DNA from: Octopus vulgaris
Taxonomy: Eukaryota
Direction: 5' to 3'
Assembly (NCBI GenBank): GCA_951406725.2
Contig: OX597820.1
Coordinates: forward strand, 99,696,001 to 99,760,000
Length of the DNA: 64,000 nt
Below, in pieces: positions 38,759 to 52,085 of the stretch. The number at the start of each line of letters is the position of its first letter. Within the stretch, counting starts at the first letter, position 1. The translations under genes were made by a program, and so were the position numbers. The notes beneath the pieces were generated by a model. It had not been told where the DNA came from. It saw nothing but the letters and a program-made list of their open reading frames with translations, and ran no database searches.

Positions 38759-39545
38759 ATTTGTTTTCTGATAAGCTGTACTGTTTCCATAGTTCGCCGT
38801 ATGTAGTTGACTGTACAAGGATTAAAGAACTACTCGACCGTGTTTTTGATAATTCTAGATAGATATTTGAAAGTCCTAAATCATATCCAACGTCAAAGTT
38901 ATCATTCTAACAAAAAAGCTTATGTCTTTCTTTGTCTGTGACAGGATAAATATTTGATTTAGCTCACGCACTCTTTTGATAAATTGTTCGGTCAATTGTT
39001 GATACGTGACAGGATGTAATGTATGAACAAGTTATCAACTATGTTAACTTGAAGAATGAAAATTATGGCATCCAGCATACTTTTTCAAAATTGGTAGTAT
39101 TTAAAGAAACAAAAACAAAACAAAAACAAAATCAACACGCACGCACACACACACACATACTCTCACACACACACATTAGAATTTGATTCTGTCTTACTTT
39201 ACTATAATCTCCCAATACTAGGGTAATTATTGCATGTATACACACGCAAACACTTATTTATATATGCGTGTATACGTACGTACATACATGCATACATACA
39301 CATATATATGCATTCACACACACACTGAGTGTGTGTACTATGCGTGGAATGTTTAAACAGGGGAAAAAAAAGAAAATGAGATATAAACTAATAAAATAAA
39401 GAAGACATAAGTTACAAAATGGTGGGAAAATGAAAACGAATAAAGTATTTCTACAATTGTGCAGCGCGTTAGGATAAGTTGTAACACAATGGCGATTCGA
39501 CGATGCAACATACGACGGTACCCAAACATGTACGCACACACAGTC

Positions 39546-39590
<45 letters not shown>

Positions 39591-39775
39591 CATACACAGA
39601 AGAGCACGCGTGCACACACGTACACACATTAACACATACGTGTAGTGTTGAGTGAAGAGAGTACTCATTACTTGAGATTAATAATATTTTCTTTTGGGAG
39701 AAACAATGTCTTGATACTCTGAGTTTCGCCCGTGGTAACGCATTGTCTTCAGGCAAATTACAAATAGGAAGCCTT

Positions 39776-39890
39776 GCTGTGGCCATGCTGTAGCACGGCC
39801 TTTAGTCGAGCAAATCGACCCCAGGACTTATTCTTTGTAAGCCTAGTGTTTATTCTATCTGTCTCTTTTACCGAAGCGCTAAGTCTGTAA
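39776..39890 (-). mobile_element. SINE family B tail fragment
   Basis: Matches 25780-25890. Confidence 0.8.
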
Positions 39891-39984
39891 CTTGCCTGAG
39901 AACACTGTACGCACGCAGCGTAAAAAACAATACATACATCGTTCAAAGCAATAATATATACGTTCATACGAAAATCAAACAGAA

Positions 39985-40320
39985 AGAAGATAATTGTGGA
40001 CAATTGCTTCGAAACCTCTAACTTCTATATCCGGGTTACAAATTAACATTTATACCAATCATAATTGGAGCACTTGGGTTTGTTAGTAAATGCCTGTCAG
40101 TCTGGATAAGATTGGATTTTCAGAAAAAGAAACCAGCCAACTGATTCGCACCTTACAAATAGAATTTGTAAGCGGAACAAGTAAATCTATGAAGGACTTT
40201 TCTCAGGTTTAAAATGTGACGTTGCTTTCCTCATCTTCATTCCAACGACGAAGTTTTGTATCTTTGTTAGAAACCAGGTCTTTCTTCATCGGAAGAATTG
40301 AAATGATTGAATATAAAAGA
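39985..40320 (+). mobile_element. RLE-type (R4/Dong-like) 3' fragment
   Basis: Homologous to 27470-27790. Confidence 0.7.
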
Positions 40321-40325
40321 TATAT

Positions 40326-41259
<934 letters not shown>

Positions 41260-41634
41260 TTTGTTGCTATTATGCAAAAGTGTCACAAGTGCAAAACGTT
41301 GCTTTTTGAGATAACGAAAAAAATAAGCTTCGCCATTCCATTGCTTTTTACATTTGTAACAGTTTCAGCTTAACAATAATACTGTATAGGGTGGATGAAA
41401 TCGAAACTCCATCCATGTATGATATTTTCACCCAGAAATATTTTTGCAAAACTATCGAATGCGGGACTTACTACACTTTTGAAAAATGCTAAACCATTGT
41501 ACAATTCTCATATCTTGGCATCTGAAGCAGCTGAAGATATGATAGTTTGAGCAAAAGAACCGACTATTGCAAGCAAAATTAAATATGTATTGAAAAAATG
41601 CATTTGGCCAAATATGGACAAACAACAGTTTAAC

Positions 41635-41684
<50 letters not shown>

Positions 41685-41691
41685 CACATAC

Positions 41692-41774
<83 letters not shown>

Positions 41775-42044
41775 ATATATATATATATATATGTAAGTAT
41801 GTGTGTGTATGATGGAATCTCATCGTATTCAAATTCACTTTTTCCTCCCGTTCTTTTCCTTTTCGAAGATGATCTTGATAAAAAGTAGAGTAAGTATGCA
41901 AATGCCTTGGTCGACCTACACAAGTGACTTGTTTACAGTGATAGTGGCTTATGTAGTGGCTTATGTTCAACACTTTCTAGTATGGCTGATAGCAGCAGTT
42001 GGTGTAAGTATGCTATGAGACTGACGAACAGCAGACCTCATTTG

Positions 42045-42173
42045 GATGGCCATTCATTTTCTTAAGTTCCTCTGCCTTTTGACGGGTTTTGTTTTTTAGA
42101 ATGTCCAATAATCGCCCTCTTTATCAAGTAAACTTGATAAGGTTGCCGGCTTAGTCGCCGACGACCCGACCAT
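42045..42173 (-). mobile_element. 5' fragment of the bipartite RTE-derived element
   Basis: Homologous to 27065-27201. Confidence 0.75.
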
Positions 42174-42270
42174 ATAACAGGTTGTACTGGGTTGCATGTT
42201 ACCAATAACACTCGAGAGTGACCTCACACACACACACGCACTCATGTATATAAATAGATACACACGCATT

Positions 42271-42303
<33 letters not shown>

Positions 42304-42386
42304 GCAAACATATACATACATACATGCATGCATACATACATACATACATACATACATACATACATACATACATACATACATACATA

Positions 42387-43378
42387 CAGGGGTTGGATAA
42401 AATAACAGAAACAGCTTAAAATTTCAAACAAATTTATTTTAATATGGAGTAGGGCCACCTTTGGCAGTAATTACAGCTTGAATTCTACGAAGAATGGACT
42501 TGTGCAAAGTTTGAGTTGTTTCCAAAGGAATGTTTGTCCATTCTTCAGTTAAAATAGTCTCTAGTTCTTGTAGTGATGATGACGGAGGATATCGACTCCT
42601 TACTTGTTTTTTTAAAATGCACCATAAATGTTCAATACTATTGAGATCTGGGGACTGTGGTGGCCACATAAGATGTTCAATTTCACCAGAATATTCCTCG
42701 TGCCATTCAGAAACAACTTTAGCTCTGTGAATTGGTGCATTATCATCCTGAAAGATTGTGTTTCCCACCGGAAAAAAGTACCGCAAACATAGGATGAATT
42801 TGATCAGATAAAATGCTTAAATAGTCTTGACTATTAATTCTGCCATTCAGGGAAACCATTGGGCCGGCAGATTTCCAAGATATAGCACACCCCACAGATC
42901 ATCACATATTCTCCTCCATGTTTAACAGTTGGAAGAAGGCAGCCTAAGTCAAATGCTTCTTTTGGCTGTCTCCATACATATACTTGGCCGGAGGTCGGAA
43001 ATAAGGTAAAAGATGACTTGTCCGAGGAAAAAACGTTCTTCCACTGCTCTAGGGACCAATTCTGTAGGTTTTTACTCCACTCTAAACGCTTTGTAACGTT
43101 TGTTATTGAAAGTAGTGATTTTCTGATTGCGGTCCTCCCGTGAAATCCGGCTTTGTGCAACTCCCAGCGAACAGTTCTTGTGGAAACTGGGTTCTCTGCA
43201 GTGATTTCAGGAGCTGTACTTTAGTGATCATTTCTAACAATTTGCGTAAGAGTCCGACGGTCCCTATCTGAAAGTTTTGGCTTTCTTCCAGAGTTTTGTT
43301 TCGACGAGGTTTTCCCCTCTTTCTCAAAGGCTGTTATTACTTTCGAGACAGTAGTTTTTAATACCCCAATCATTTCGA
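42387..43378 (-). mobile_element. Tc1-like transposon remnant (DD34E)
   Basis: TA|CAGGGG end; FSSDKSSF, PTVKHGG, FQDDNAPIH, WPPQSPDLNSIEHLW and KGGPTPY. Confidence 0.92.
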
Positions 43379-43384
43379 GTAACT

Positions 43385-43934
43385 CTGGATTTTCATCGTA
43401 TAGTTTGTGGCCCCATCGTAGATACGAAGGGGATCGTTAGGACGGCTAATAACGAAAATAAAACGGAAAAATGCGTGTCAGTATAAAGTGCATGTGATTA
43501 TTTGGTGGTTATTGAAGTGTGTCAGTCTCGAGCATGCAAAGGCTAATCGAGGTGGCTGTTGTTTACATCTCAGTTTTGTCAATCAAGATAATCCATGGGA
43601 CCAGAAAATCCAGACATTATTCGCATCGAACAGTGAGAGGTAACAACAAACAAGATGAGGACAAACATCCGTCAATTGTAAATAATGTAAATAATGTACA
43701 TAATTCCTCATCTCTTAAGTATAGAACTGAGGTAAGCCTTAGTTTGATTTTTTGCAACCCTAAAGATTCCGCTCGCGCATTCGTAGCAAACAAGGCAGAA
43801 GGCCAGACTTTAGATCGTGTAGGTGTGTTTTTACTCATTCCAATGTTTAGACTATGATTAGAGCAAAAGACTCCACTAATTTGAAAATTAGTGTCGACCA
43901 AACAGAAAATATCGTCTACAAAGAAGTTTTGTAA
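43385..43934 (+). mobile_element. Helitron Rep/Hel (PIF1-like helicase) C-terminal remnant
   Basis: AFVANKAEGQTLDRVGVFL..PMF and terminal TENIVYKEVL*. Confidence 0.75.
43639..43728 (+). mobile_element. 3' tail of the tRNA-hammerhead element
   Basis: Matches 24095-24173 and 35633-35684. Confidence 0.75.
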
Positions 43935-44303
43935 TCATATTGATATTATCGAAAGGAATATAATTCATAAGTTAAATAAAGAAATTTGTGAACTTTGAAT
44001 GTATAAGAGTATAAACAAGCGTAAAATAGCGTAAACAACTAAAATAAAAGGATAACTAAATAACATTTTTTCCTGAATACTTATAGGTAGTGGTCGAAGT
44101 AAGCTCTGGTCTTCATTAGGGAATGGTCCACATAACCATTCATGATACAGAGGCTGGGAGTAAATCGTCATCACATGTCACATAGTCGCAAACATATGTC
44201 ATATAGTTGCAACAGAATGCTGTATCACCAAGAATAACGTGATTTTTCTGAGTCATCACCGAGAAATCTATCAAGTCCATTTACACATTTCTCAATACAT
44301 ACT

Positions 44304-44534
44304 TATTTCGTTATTACCCACAAGGGGCTAAACACAGAGGGGAAAAACAAGGACAGACATAGGTATTAAGTCGATTACATCGACCTCAGTGCGTAACTGG
44401 TACTTAATTTATCGACCCCGAAAGGATGAAAGGCAAAGTCGACCTCGGCGGAATTTGAACTCACAACGTAACGCAGACGAAATACCGCTAAGCATTTCGC
44501 CCGGCGTGCTAACGTTTCTGCCAGCTCGCCGCCT
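44304..44534 (-). mobile_element. SINE family A flanked by about 108-bp direct repeats
   Basis: 44196-44303 is repeated at 44542-44651. Confidence 0.9.
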
Positions 44535-45114
44535 TCAACGTATGTCATATAGCTGCAACAGAATGCTGTATCACTAACAATAATGTGATTTCTCTAAAGA
44601 CATCACCGAGAAATCTATCAAGTCCATTTACACATTTCTCAATACATACTACTGTTATGACTTCCCTCCATCATTTTATGCCTCTATCATAGATGGGTAG
44701 ATTGGCTAGTATATGTAAATTATATTTTTGGATTTATGCATGTGTATACACACGTGTGCATCTTTGTGTATCTATGCCTTTATCTGTGTGATCGGAAAAA
44801 GACGGTAAAATAAAGAAAAATGAGAGAAAGATAGAGAAAGATAGAGCGTTAAAGATTATTCAAGCGCCGATGTACGAAACACATTTATGCAGCAAATTTA
44901 GAGAATACAATCCTCACAGAAGTATCATCTTCCAAAATAATGTTAAATATTTCTCTTCTGCTAATAATCGGTAAACGTTCTGACATTTAGTTTTAATAGG
45001 TTTAGGTGTCACACTTAAATATTCAAGTCGGACGTTTCCTGCTTTGTACAATGTTCTGAGCGTGTAGTTTCGTCTGAAGTGTCTTTTGTGTTAAAGAGAT
45101 CATCACTCCATATT

Positions 45115-45158
45115 TGCAGCTGTTGTTGCTTGTGCTGCTGCTACTGCTGCTGCTGCTG

Positions 45159-45226
<68 letters not shown>

Positions 45227-45379
45227 GTTGCTGCTATTGTTGCTGCTATTGATGTTGATGATGATGATGATGATGATGGTGAAGATGATGGTTGGGGTGA
45301 TGATGATAATGATAATGATGATAATGACGACGACTACGATAACAATGAGGACGAGGATGACTATGACGTGACGACGACT

Positions 45380-45410
<31 letters not shown>

Positions 45411-45432
45411 CGACGACGACGATGACGACGAT
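45115..45432. repeat. Compound trinucleotide microsatellite (CTG/CTA/ATG/ACG)
   Basis: Direct read. Confidence 0.95.
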
Positions 45433-45774
45433 GGTCTCTTTATAAGCAACAAGGTTTCAAAGAAAATAAATAAAATTAAAGGGGAATAAAAACAACAACA
45501 AACTCCCGACAAACAAGATTTCTCTACAAGAAGGTTAGCTGGTTAAACCAATTAAGGAAACCCCGCAAAACATCACTTACCTCGACCACGAAGGGTAAAT
45601 GCCCTCTCTGATTTATAGGTTTCATCTCTAGGCGCATGCTCAGAGTAAGCTCATTTACATATTCACTACTCTCGCTGACATATCGATGAATTTACTGAGT
45701 GGTGTAGCACCTCCCTCTGCTCCTTCATGTTCCTTTTTAAGTGAAACTGGGAATAGTTGATTAAGGCTTGTGAG
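45265..45774 (+). repeat. About 510-bp direct repeat, copy 1
   Basis: Matches 48244-48774. Confidence 0.92.
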
Positions 45775-47235
45775 AAAAATTCTGATTCCGTCTTTGGTCA
45801 TTTCAATATCGTCCACTACAGAGTCGCTTTTCGATAGGGGGAAAACTGCCCGCCTTTCCCCGACAAAAGAATGCAATGGGACGATATTTACGATGGATTC
45901 GGCAGGAAACTGGATCTGCTAAACATGCGACAACGTCCATTCGATAAAACTCTACAAATCTGTATAGCTCGGACACAGGAAGTGTGCATGCAAAAAGGTT
46001 TGGTCGTTTCGCGCAAATCTCGGACATGATCAACTTATGTCACTTCCGTCCTTGTAGAGCTTGTAGCAAATCGGCAATGTTCTCAGCTGGTAGCACTGCT
46101 AGGCCAGAAATTTCTGTTTCTAATCTGTAGTTCCTGCGCCCAAAGTTCTACGGAACAGTTAATTTTCGTCGACACTCAAAGATTCTCTGCGAACGCCGTC
46201 GGTCTTCACCCTATAGAACACCAGCGTGGAGATTTTATCGATCACATTTCCCTAGTGGTAGATGGCTGTGAGTGCCTGATATTTCAGAATTGAAGACCAC
46301 AGTCTTGGTAATTGCGTGACTAACGTCTGTAGCTCAGTCAGGGAGATGGGCTGTGAAAACACGTATTTGACAAAAGGTGACCACATCTGATCAACGTCTA
46401 AGAATTTCTTTAAATGCTCTAGGTTAAACATATGTCTGTGCATCAGTAGCCACAGCATACTGAGTTTTATGTGCAGAGTATGTAGGCAGTAGATAGAGTA
46501 AATGATCAGTGAAACGCGTCTCTTCCACAGAAGGCGAAATAACAGACATTCCTATCCGATCTGATAAACGGTAGAGCAAGCAGGAGTGTTAGACAGGAAT
46601 ATAAAAGAAGGTAGTATCTACTACTTCTCGACCTTTCAGAAATAGTTTCCTCCCAGCTCATTTCCTAGTGAAACTGTGCACTCTACTCTTAACCTTACAC
46701 CAGTTCCCATACGCCTGGAGGTCGGAATCGAAGCAAATCACAAGCAACTTAAGAAGAGCGTTTACCCAGCGACCCACGACACTGTCCGATGGCTATATAT
46801 CTAAGTTAATATTTACTCCTGTCAAAGTTACTTCCTTTTAGAAGATGCAGATTACCTCCATTTCCATGGCGTCCCGATATCACTGCGGTAGGGTCGTTTA
46901 CATATACTGACACGGGTGTCCCGCTTCTGCATTCAGACGGGATAACCATTAAGAACTCTAGTTCCCGCACTTGCGGCTCGAAAGCCAGAAGATACAGAAG
47001 AACTGAGCAGACGACGGTTTAAAAGTGTGAAATCTTACGCTATGCTAACAATTACTTTATTTAGGAACGACCTGTATGACTCGATGTGATTGGGCCATGT
47101 CTAAAATTGTGTGATTAGAACCTCCAATACCTGTCAAATGTTTGGATGTGCTTGAACAATTTGGTGAAATTTTTACATCTCTCTCTTATATCAGCAGACC
47201 TCGTACAATCGTAATGTGCGTCTAAAACAGTGTTA
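45432..47235 (-). mobile_element. Tx1/L1-like LINE RT and C-terminal remnant with 3' UTR
   Basis: YVND (YADD-like) near 46900, WKRRVS and Trp-rich C-terminal peptides; many stops. Confidence 0.55.
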
Positions 47236-47242
47236 GAGCTAA

Positions 47243-48197
47243 GGTAGTGAGTGTAGCAAAACCAAAACAATCTTACATATTGTGAGTATAACAAGCTGAC
47301 CCAAAAGTTCTACAAAAAGAAGCACGTTAACATGGCTAAGTTTATTCGCTGGAGACCGTGTGAAAGGTACGGTCTGGACACAGTACGGAAATGGTAAAAA
47401 CATAAATCAGAGGGCGTCACTGAGAACAATGAATAAAAGATCCTGTGGGATTTTACAATCCAATGTGAATCCCCCATTCAATGCTCGGAGACCGGCTAAG
47501 TTCATTCACTGGAGACCGTGTGAAAGGTACGGTCTGGACACAGCACGGAAATGGTAAAAACATAAATCAGAGGGCGTCACTGAGAACAATGAATATAAGA
47601 TCCTGTGGGATTTTACAATCCAATGTGAATCCCCCATTCAATGCTCGGAGACCGGCTAAGTTCATTCACTGGAGACCGTGTGAAAGGTACGGTCTGGACA
47701 CAGCACGGAAATGGTACAAACATAAATCAGAGGGCGTCACTGAGAACAATGAATATAAAATCCTGTGGGATTTTACAATCCAATGTGACTCCCTCGAAGA
47801 CCAGACATTGCCGGTTGCTGAGGTGGATAAAGAAAATAAAGAAACCAAGATCATAGATATTGTCATACCTTGGGATACACGTGTCGATGACCAAGTGCTG
47901 GAAAAGATGAAGGAATACAGACTGCTAAAAGACGAAGTTGCAAGCATGTGGACAATGAAGAGAGTAACTGTTGGCCCAGTAGCTGTAAAGGAACTCGGAA
48001 CACTAATAACCAAGTTCTAGAAATATGCCAGAGAAATTGGAATTGACATGAAGGCAGAATAGGCTCCCTAAAGTGCTCTATTGGGGACAGCTAGGATTTT
48101 GAGATTTGTGCTTGGGTTCTGAATGCCTTCTACGATAAGTAAACATCCAGGTACCAGAGAAAGTAAGATAGAGAGCTCTGTGAAGTAAAATAATAAT
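47243..48197 (+). mobile_element. R4/Dong-like LINE 3' part (zinc knuckle plus RLE)
   Basis: IHW..C..YG...WYKH...ENNEYKILWDFTIQCD..KIIDIVIPWD; ends AAAATAATAAT. Confidence 0.85.
47334..47789 (+). repeat. 160-bp tandem repeat, about 2.85 copies
   Basis: Units start at 47334, 47494 and 47654 (GGCTAAGTT..). Confidence 0.95.
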
Positions 48198-48243
48198 TAC
48201 TTTTATTTTTTATTTGTTTCAGATGATGATGATGGTGATGATG

Positions 48244-48774
48244 ATGATGATGACGGTGAAGATGATGGTTGGGGTGATGATGATAATGATAATGATGATA
48301 ATGACGACGACTACGATAACAATGAGGACGAGAATGACTATGACGCGACGACGAATATGATGTTGATGATGATGATGATGATGACGACGACGACGATGAC
48401 GACGATGGTCTCTTTATAAGCAACAAGGTTTCAAAGAAAATAAATAAAATTAAGGCGGGGTTTTCACATGATGTTTAAAGGGGAATAAAAACAACAACAA
48501 ACTCCTGACAAACAAGATTTCTCTACAAGAAGGTTAGCTGGTTAATCCAATTAAGGAAACCCCGCAAAACATCAATTACCTCGACCACGAAGGGTAAATG
48601 CCCTCTCTGATTTATAGTTTTCATCTCTAGGCGCATGCTCAGAGTAAGCTCATTTACATATTCACTACTCTCGCTGACCTATCGATGAATTTACTGAGTG
48701 ATGTAGCACCTCCCTCTGCTCCTTCATGTTCCTTTTTAAGTGAAACTGGGAATAGTTGATTAGGGCTTGTGAGA
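48244..48774 (+). repeat. Direct repeat, copy 2
   Basis: Matches 45265-45774 with a 25-bp indel. Confidence 0.92.
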
Positions 48775-48781
48775 TTATTAC

Positions 48782-48965
48782 TGGTGCACCATATTGAAGA
48801 AATTTTAGTCGAACAAAATCGACACCGATACTTATTTTTAAGCCTGATACTTATTCTACAGGTCTCTTTTGCCGGACCACTAAGTTACGGGTACGTAAAT
48901 ACACTAACACCAGTTCTCGAGTAGTGTTGGGGGACAAACACAGGCACACAAAGACACAAACACAT
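48782..48965 (-). mobile_element. SINE family B tail fragment
   Basis: Diverged reverse match. Confidence 0.75.
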
Positions 48966-48988
48966 ACACACACGTATAACATACATAC

Positions 48989-49067
<79 letters not shown>

Positions 49068-49079
49068 CATAATAATAAT

Positions 49080-49291
49080 GATTTCAAATTTTAGCACAAG
49101 GCCAGCAATTTCGGAGAGAGGATAAGTCGATTACATCGACCCCAATGTTCAACTGGTACTTTTTTTATCGACCCCGGAAGGACGAAAGGCAAAGTGGACC
49201 TTGGCGGAATTTAAACTCATAACATGAGGACGGACGAAATGCTGCTAAGCATTTTGCTAGGCATGCTAACGATTTTGCCAACTCACTGCCT
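49080..49291 (-). mobile_element. SINE family A (tail 2)
   Basis: Reverse match. Confidence 0.85.
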
Positions 49292-49310
49292 TAATAGTAA
49301 TAATGATAAT

Positions 49311-49344
<34 letters not shown>

Positions 49345-49362
49345 GTAGTAGTAGTGGTAGTA

Positions 49363-49422
<60 letters not shown>

Positions 49423-49428
49423 ATGATG

Positions 49429-49492
<64 letters not shown>

Positions 49493-49507
49493 TAATAATA
49501 ATAGTAA

Positions 49508-50543
49508 TGTTTTACCCCCTTGGCACGGCCAGAATAATCAGGAAAGTATTAGATAGCTGAAAAGAGCGAATAGTATGGTACCGTAGACTGCAGGTAGTAA
49601 GCCCGTTACGCATGCAACACCCCAGGAGCTGCAACAGAACCTGAAGCTTCATTTTGTTATGAAGGCGAGCAAACAATTTTCAAGTGAGTTTATTCATAAT
49701 ACCCCGGTTGAACAGCATGATGGAAGTGCGTCAACTGTAGTTGTAAAGAAGGTAAAATCAATGGCAAAGCAAAATGCCTTTGAACAATTGGCTGATAGGT
49801 GGGAAGAAAAAAACCACGGCATGAGGAATATGCGCCCCGTAACAATCAAGCTGATGTAGACCAAAAGTACGCCTATCAGCGGCTACGGGGCTCAGGGCTA
49901 AAAGCAGAGAGCGAAGGCCTTATTATCGCCGCTCAAGATCAGAGCTTATTGATCCGGAACTATCAAGCCAATGTGAGGAAAAATGGTGATGTACAGACCG
50001 AATCATCAAAGCAAATAAACCAGATATTGTTGCGAAAGACCAAAGCAATATAGCATTTTTATTGATTGACATGAGCATACCCTGTAACCATAATGTCTCG
50101 GCAAAAGAATCTGATAAGCTCAGAACATATAAAGATTTGCTAATTTAAGACAGTTACAATACCTGTGATTGTAGGAGCACTTGGAATGATAAAAAAAGGA
50201 ACTGAAAATTATTTGAGAATGATCCCTGGCTTACCATCCACGAAGGAAATACAAAAAAATTGTCTTAACTGGTACGTCACGCGTACTGAGAATAGCATTG
50301 TCGCTGTGAATTTCCTTTCCCTCTTCTCGCCTATATTTTCTTTGTTTACATCTTTAATCTTTAATTTTTTCTTTTCTCTCTGTTTTCCTTTCCCTTCTCT
50401 CTATCACATGACTCTGTAAATGAACAATCTTGTGCGTTTATTTTAACGGCCTACCAATGTAGAGAGTGCATTTCTCTGCTCTAGGTGTCAGGAAGACACT
50501 CGGCAAGAAATGGAAACAGAACTGAAAGATGATAATGAAAATG

Positions 50544-50545
<2 letters not shown>
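49508..50545 (+). mobile_element. Dong/R4-like LINE 3' fragment within (AAT)n
   Basis: GLKAESEGLIIAAQDQSL..RNYQ and VIVGALGMIKK; (AAT)n on both sides. Confidence 0.85.
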
Positions 50546-50602
<57 letters not shown>

Positions 50603-50608
<6 letters not shown>

Positions 50609-51642
50609 AGCACACAGAGAGCGCAAACCTCCGCCAAAGCAACACCAACATCCTCTCAACGAATAGCCGGGGATGATTTTTAAAATGAGAATATCTGAAA
50701 TAAATAAACTCGACTATTCTCACAAACGAGAATACTAAAAATGAACCTGATCGCTTTCAAAAATTAAGTAAAAACCGGAAAAATAATCCAGAATCTTTGT
50801 CCGGTAACCGATTGATCCCAACTGTAGTTATGGAGTGTGAAGCTGGGTGTGCGGGTCATGTTTGTAATGCTGTGTGTGTGTGTGTGTCGTCTGCAGTAAG
50901 AACAGGGACAGTTTTCTCTATGAACGCCTTTTTTTAGTCTATCCACTGATAGAGAGTCTTTACGACGATTAAGATCTATAATGAAAAATTTATCCGTGCG
51001 TGAAAGAAAATGGAAAGGACCTGCATACGATGTTGTTAACGGAGGTTTAACAACATCGTTGCGCACAAAAACGTGAGTCCAAGAAGTAAAGCTTCCTTCA
51101 AGGCAGAGCTAGAAATGCAGTTTTCAAGAGCGATATATTCAAAATTGGTAAAACTAAAAATTGTCGTGGATAAATTAAATTTATTATTGTTTATGAATAT
51201 GTTAGTGTTATTTAATTTCTGAACGGTTTTGCTGCTGTTTGTTTATGTAGCTTGATTTCTTCATCCATCAGTTTCTTTTAAGATAGAGACGCAAATAATA
51301 ATTAATAATAGAGAAACGAAAATAAAACTTTGGAAACAGCAATGCCGCCATAACTTCCTTGGAAACCATGAGCGTGCTTTCAAGGGGGGTAATCAGAGAA
51401 AGACTTGAAAGTCAAAGTCAGATCGTAATACTTCACGTAAAGTAAAGTAAATATAACAAATAACCCAGAATCCTTGCCCGGTACCTGATCGATCCGAAAA
51501 TCTAATCAGTTCGTGCCAGTCACAAGGCCAAACATCCCTGAAAGTTTCATTCGAATCCATCCAGCGGTTCTTGAGATATCTTGCCCAAAGACAAACAAAC
51601 ATACAAACACGACCGAAAACAATACCGCTAAGGCGGAGGTAC
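50603..51642 (-). mobile_element. HINE/DINE-1-like (Helentron-associated) element
   Basis: Subterminal inverted repeats ACCTCCGCC/GGCGGAGGT, a (GTTT/GTCT) tract and a 3' stem-loop, inserted in T-rich sequence. Confidence 0.7.
50890..51090 (-). pseudogene. Gypsy/Ty3 integrase C-terminal (GPY/F) fragment
   Basis: THVFVRNDVVKPPLTTSYAGPF..LSRTDKFF.IDLN..DSLSVDRLK. Confidence 0.8.
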
Positions 51643-51653
51643 TAATAATAAGG

Positions 51654-51738
<85 letters not shown>

Positions 51739-51749
51739 TAAAAATAATA

Positions 51750-52085
51750 AAGAAAATTGAGAAATATCTGGACCTGAAGAGGGAAATCAGAAAACCGTGG
51801 AGAATCAAGCACTTAGAAGTAGTACCGATTCGTCGTTAGCTCACTGGGAGAAGTTAGTAAAAGGTTGGCTGCATGGCTTGAGAAGCGAAGAATTACCATC
51901 AGGACAGGACTGTTGCAGAAAACCGCCTTGTTAGGTACAACAAGAATTCTAAGGAGGATATTAGGAAATTGAAGGAGAGGAAATAACCCAAAGGACCTTT
52001 GATCAATGGAGATGGCTCGCTTTTTTTTTTTTGTATAGTGTCGGTATAACATCTGTTAGAGCAAAAGAGTCATAAAAATAATAAT
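51750..52085 (+). mobile_element. Dong/R4-like LINE extreme 3' fragment
   Basis: KIEKYLDLKREI..W and LLQKTALLGTTRILRRIL; (AAT)n upstream and AATAAT at the end. Confidence 0.8.

Noticed and set aside
41380-42010. Possible DNA transposon remnant
   Set aside because: No matching TIR pair or convincing transposase motif.
47334-47789. CRISPR-like periodicity
   Set aside because: Whole 160-bp units are repeated with no unique spacers; eukaryotic LINE context.
48200-48222. Splice-acceptor-like TTTTTTATTTGTTTCAG
   Set aside because: Followed by microsatellite and a LINE UTR, with no plausible exon.
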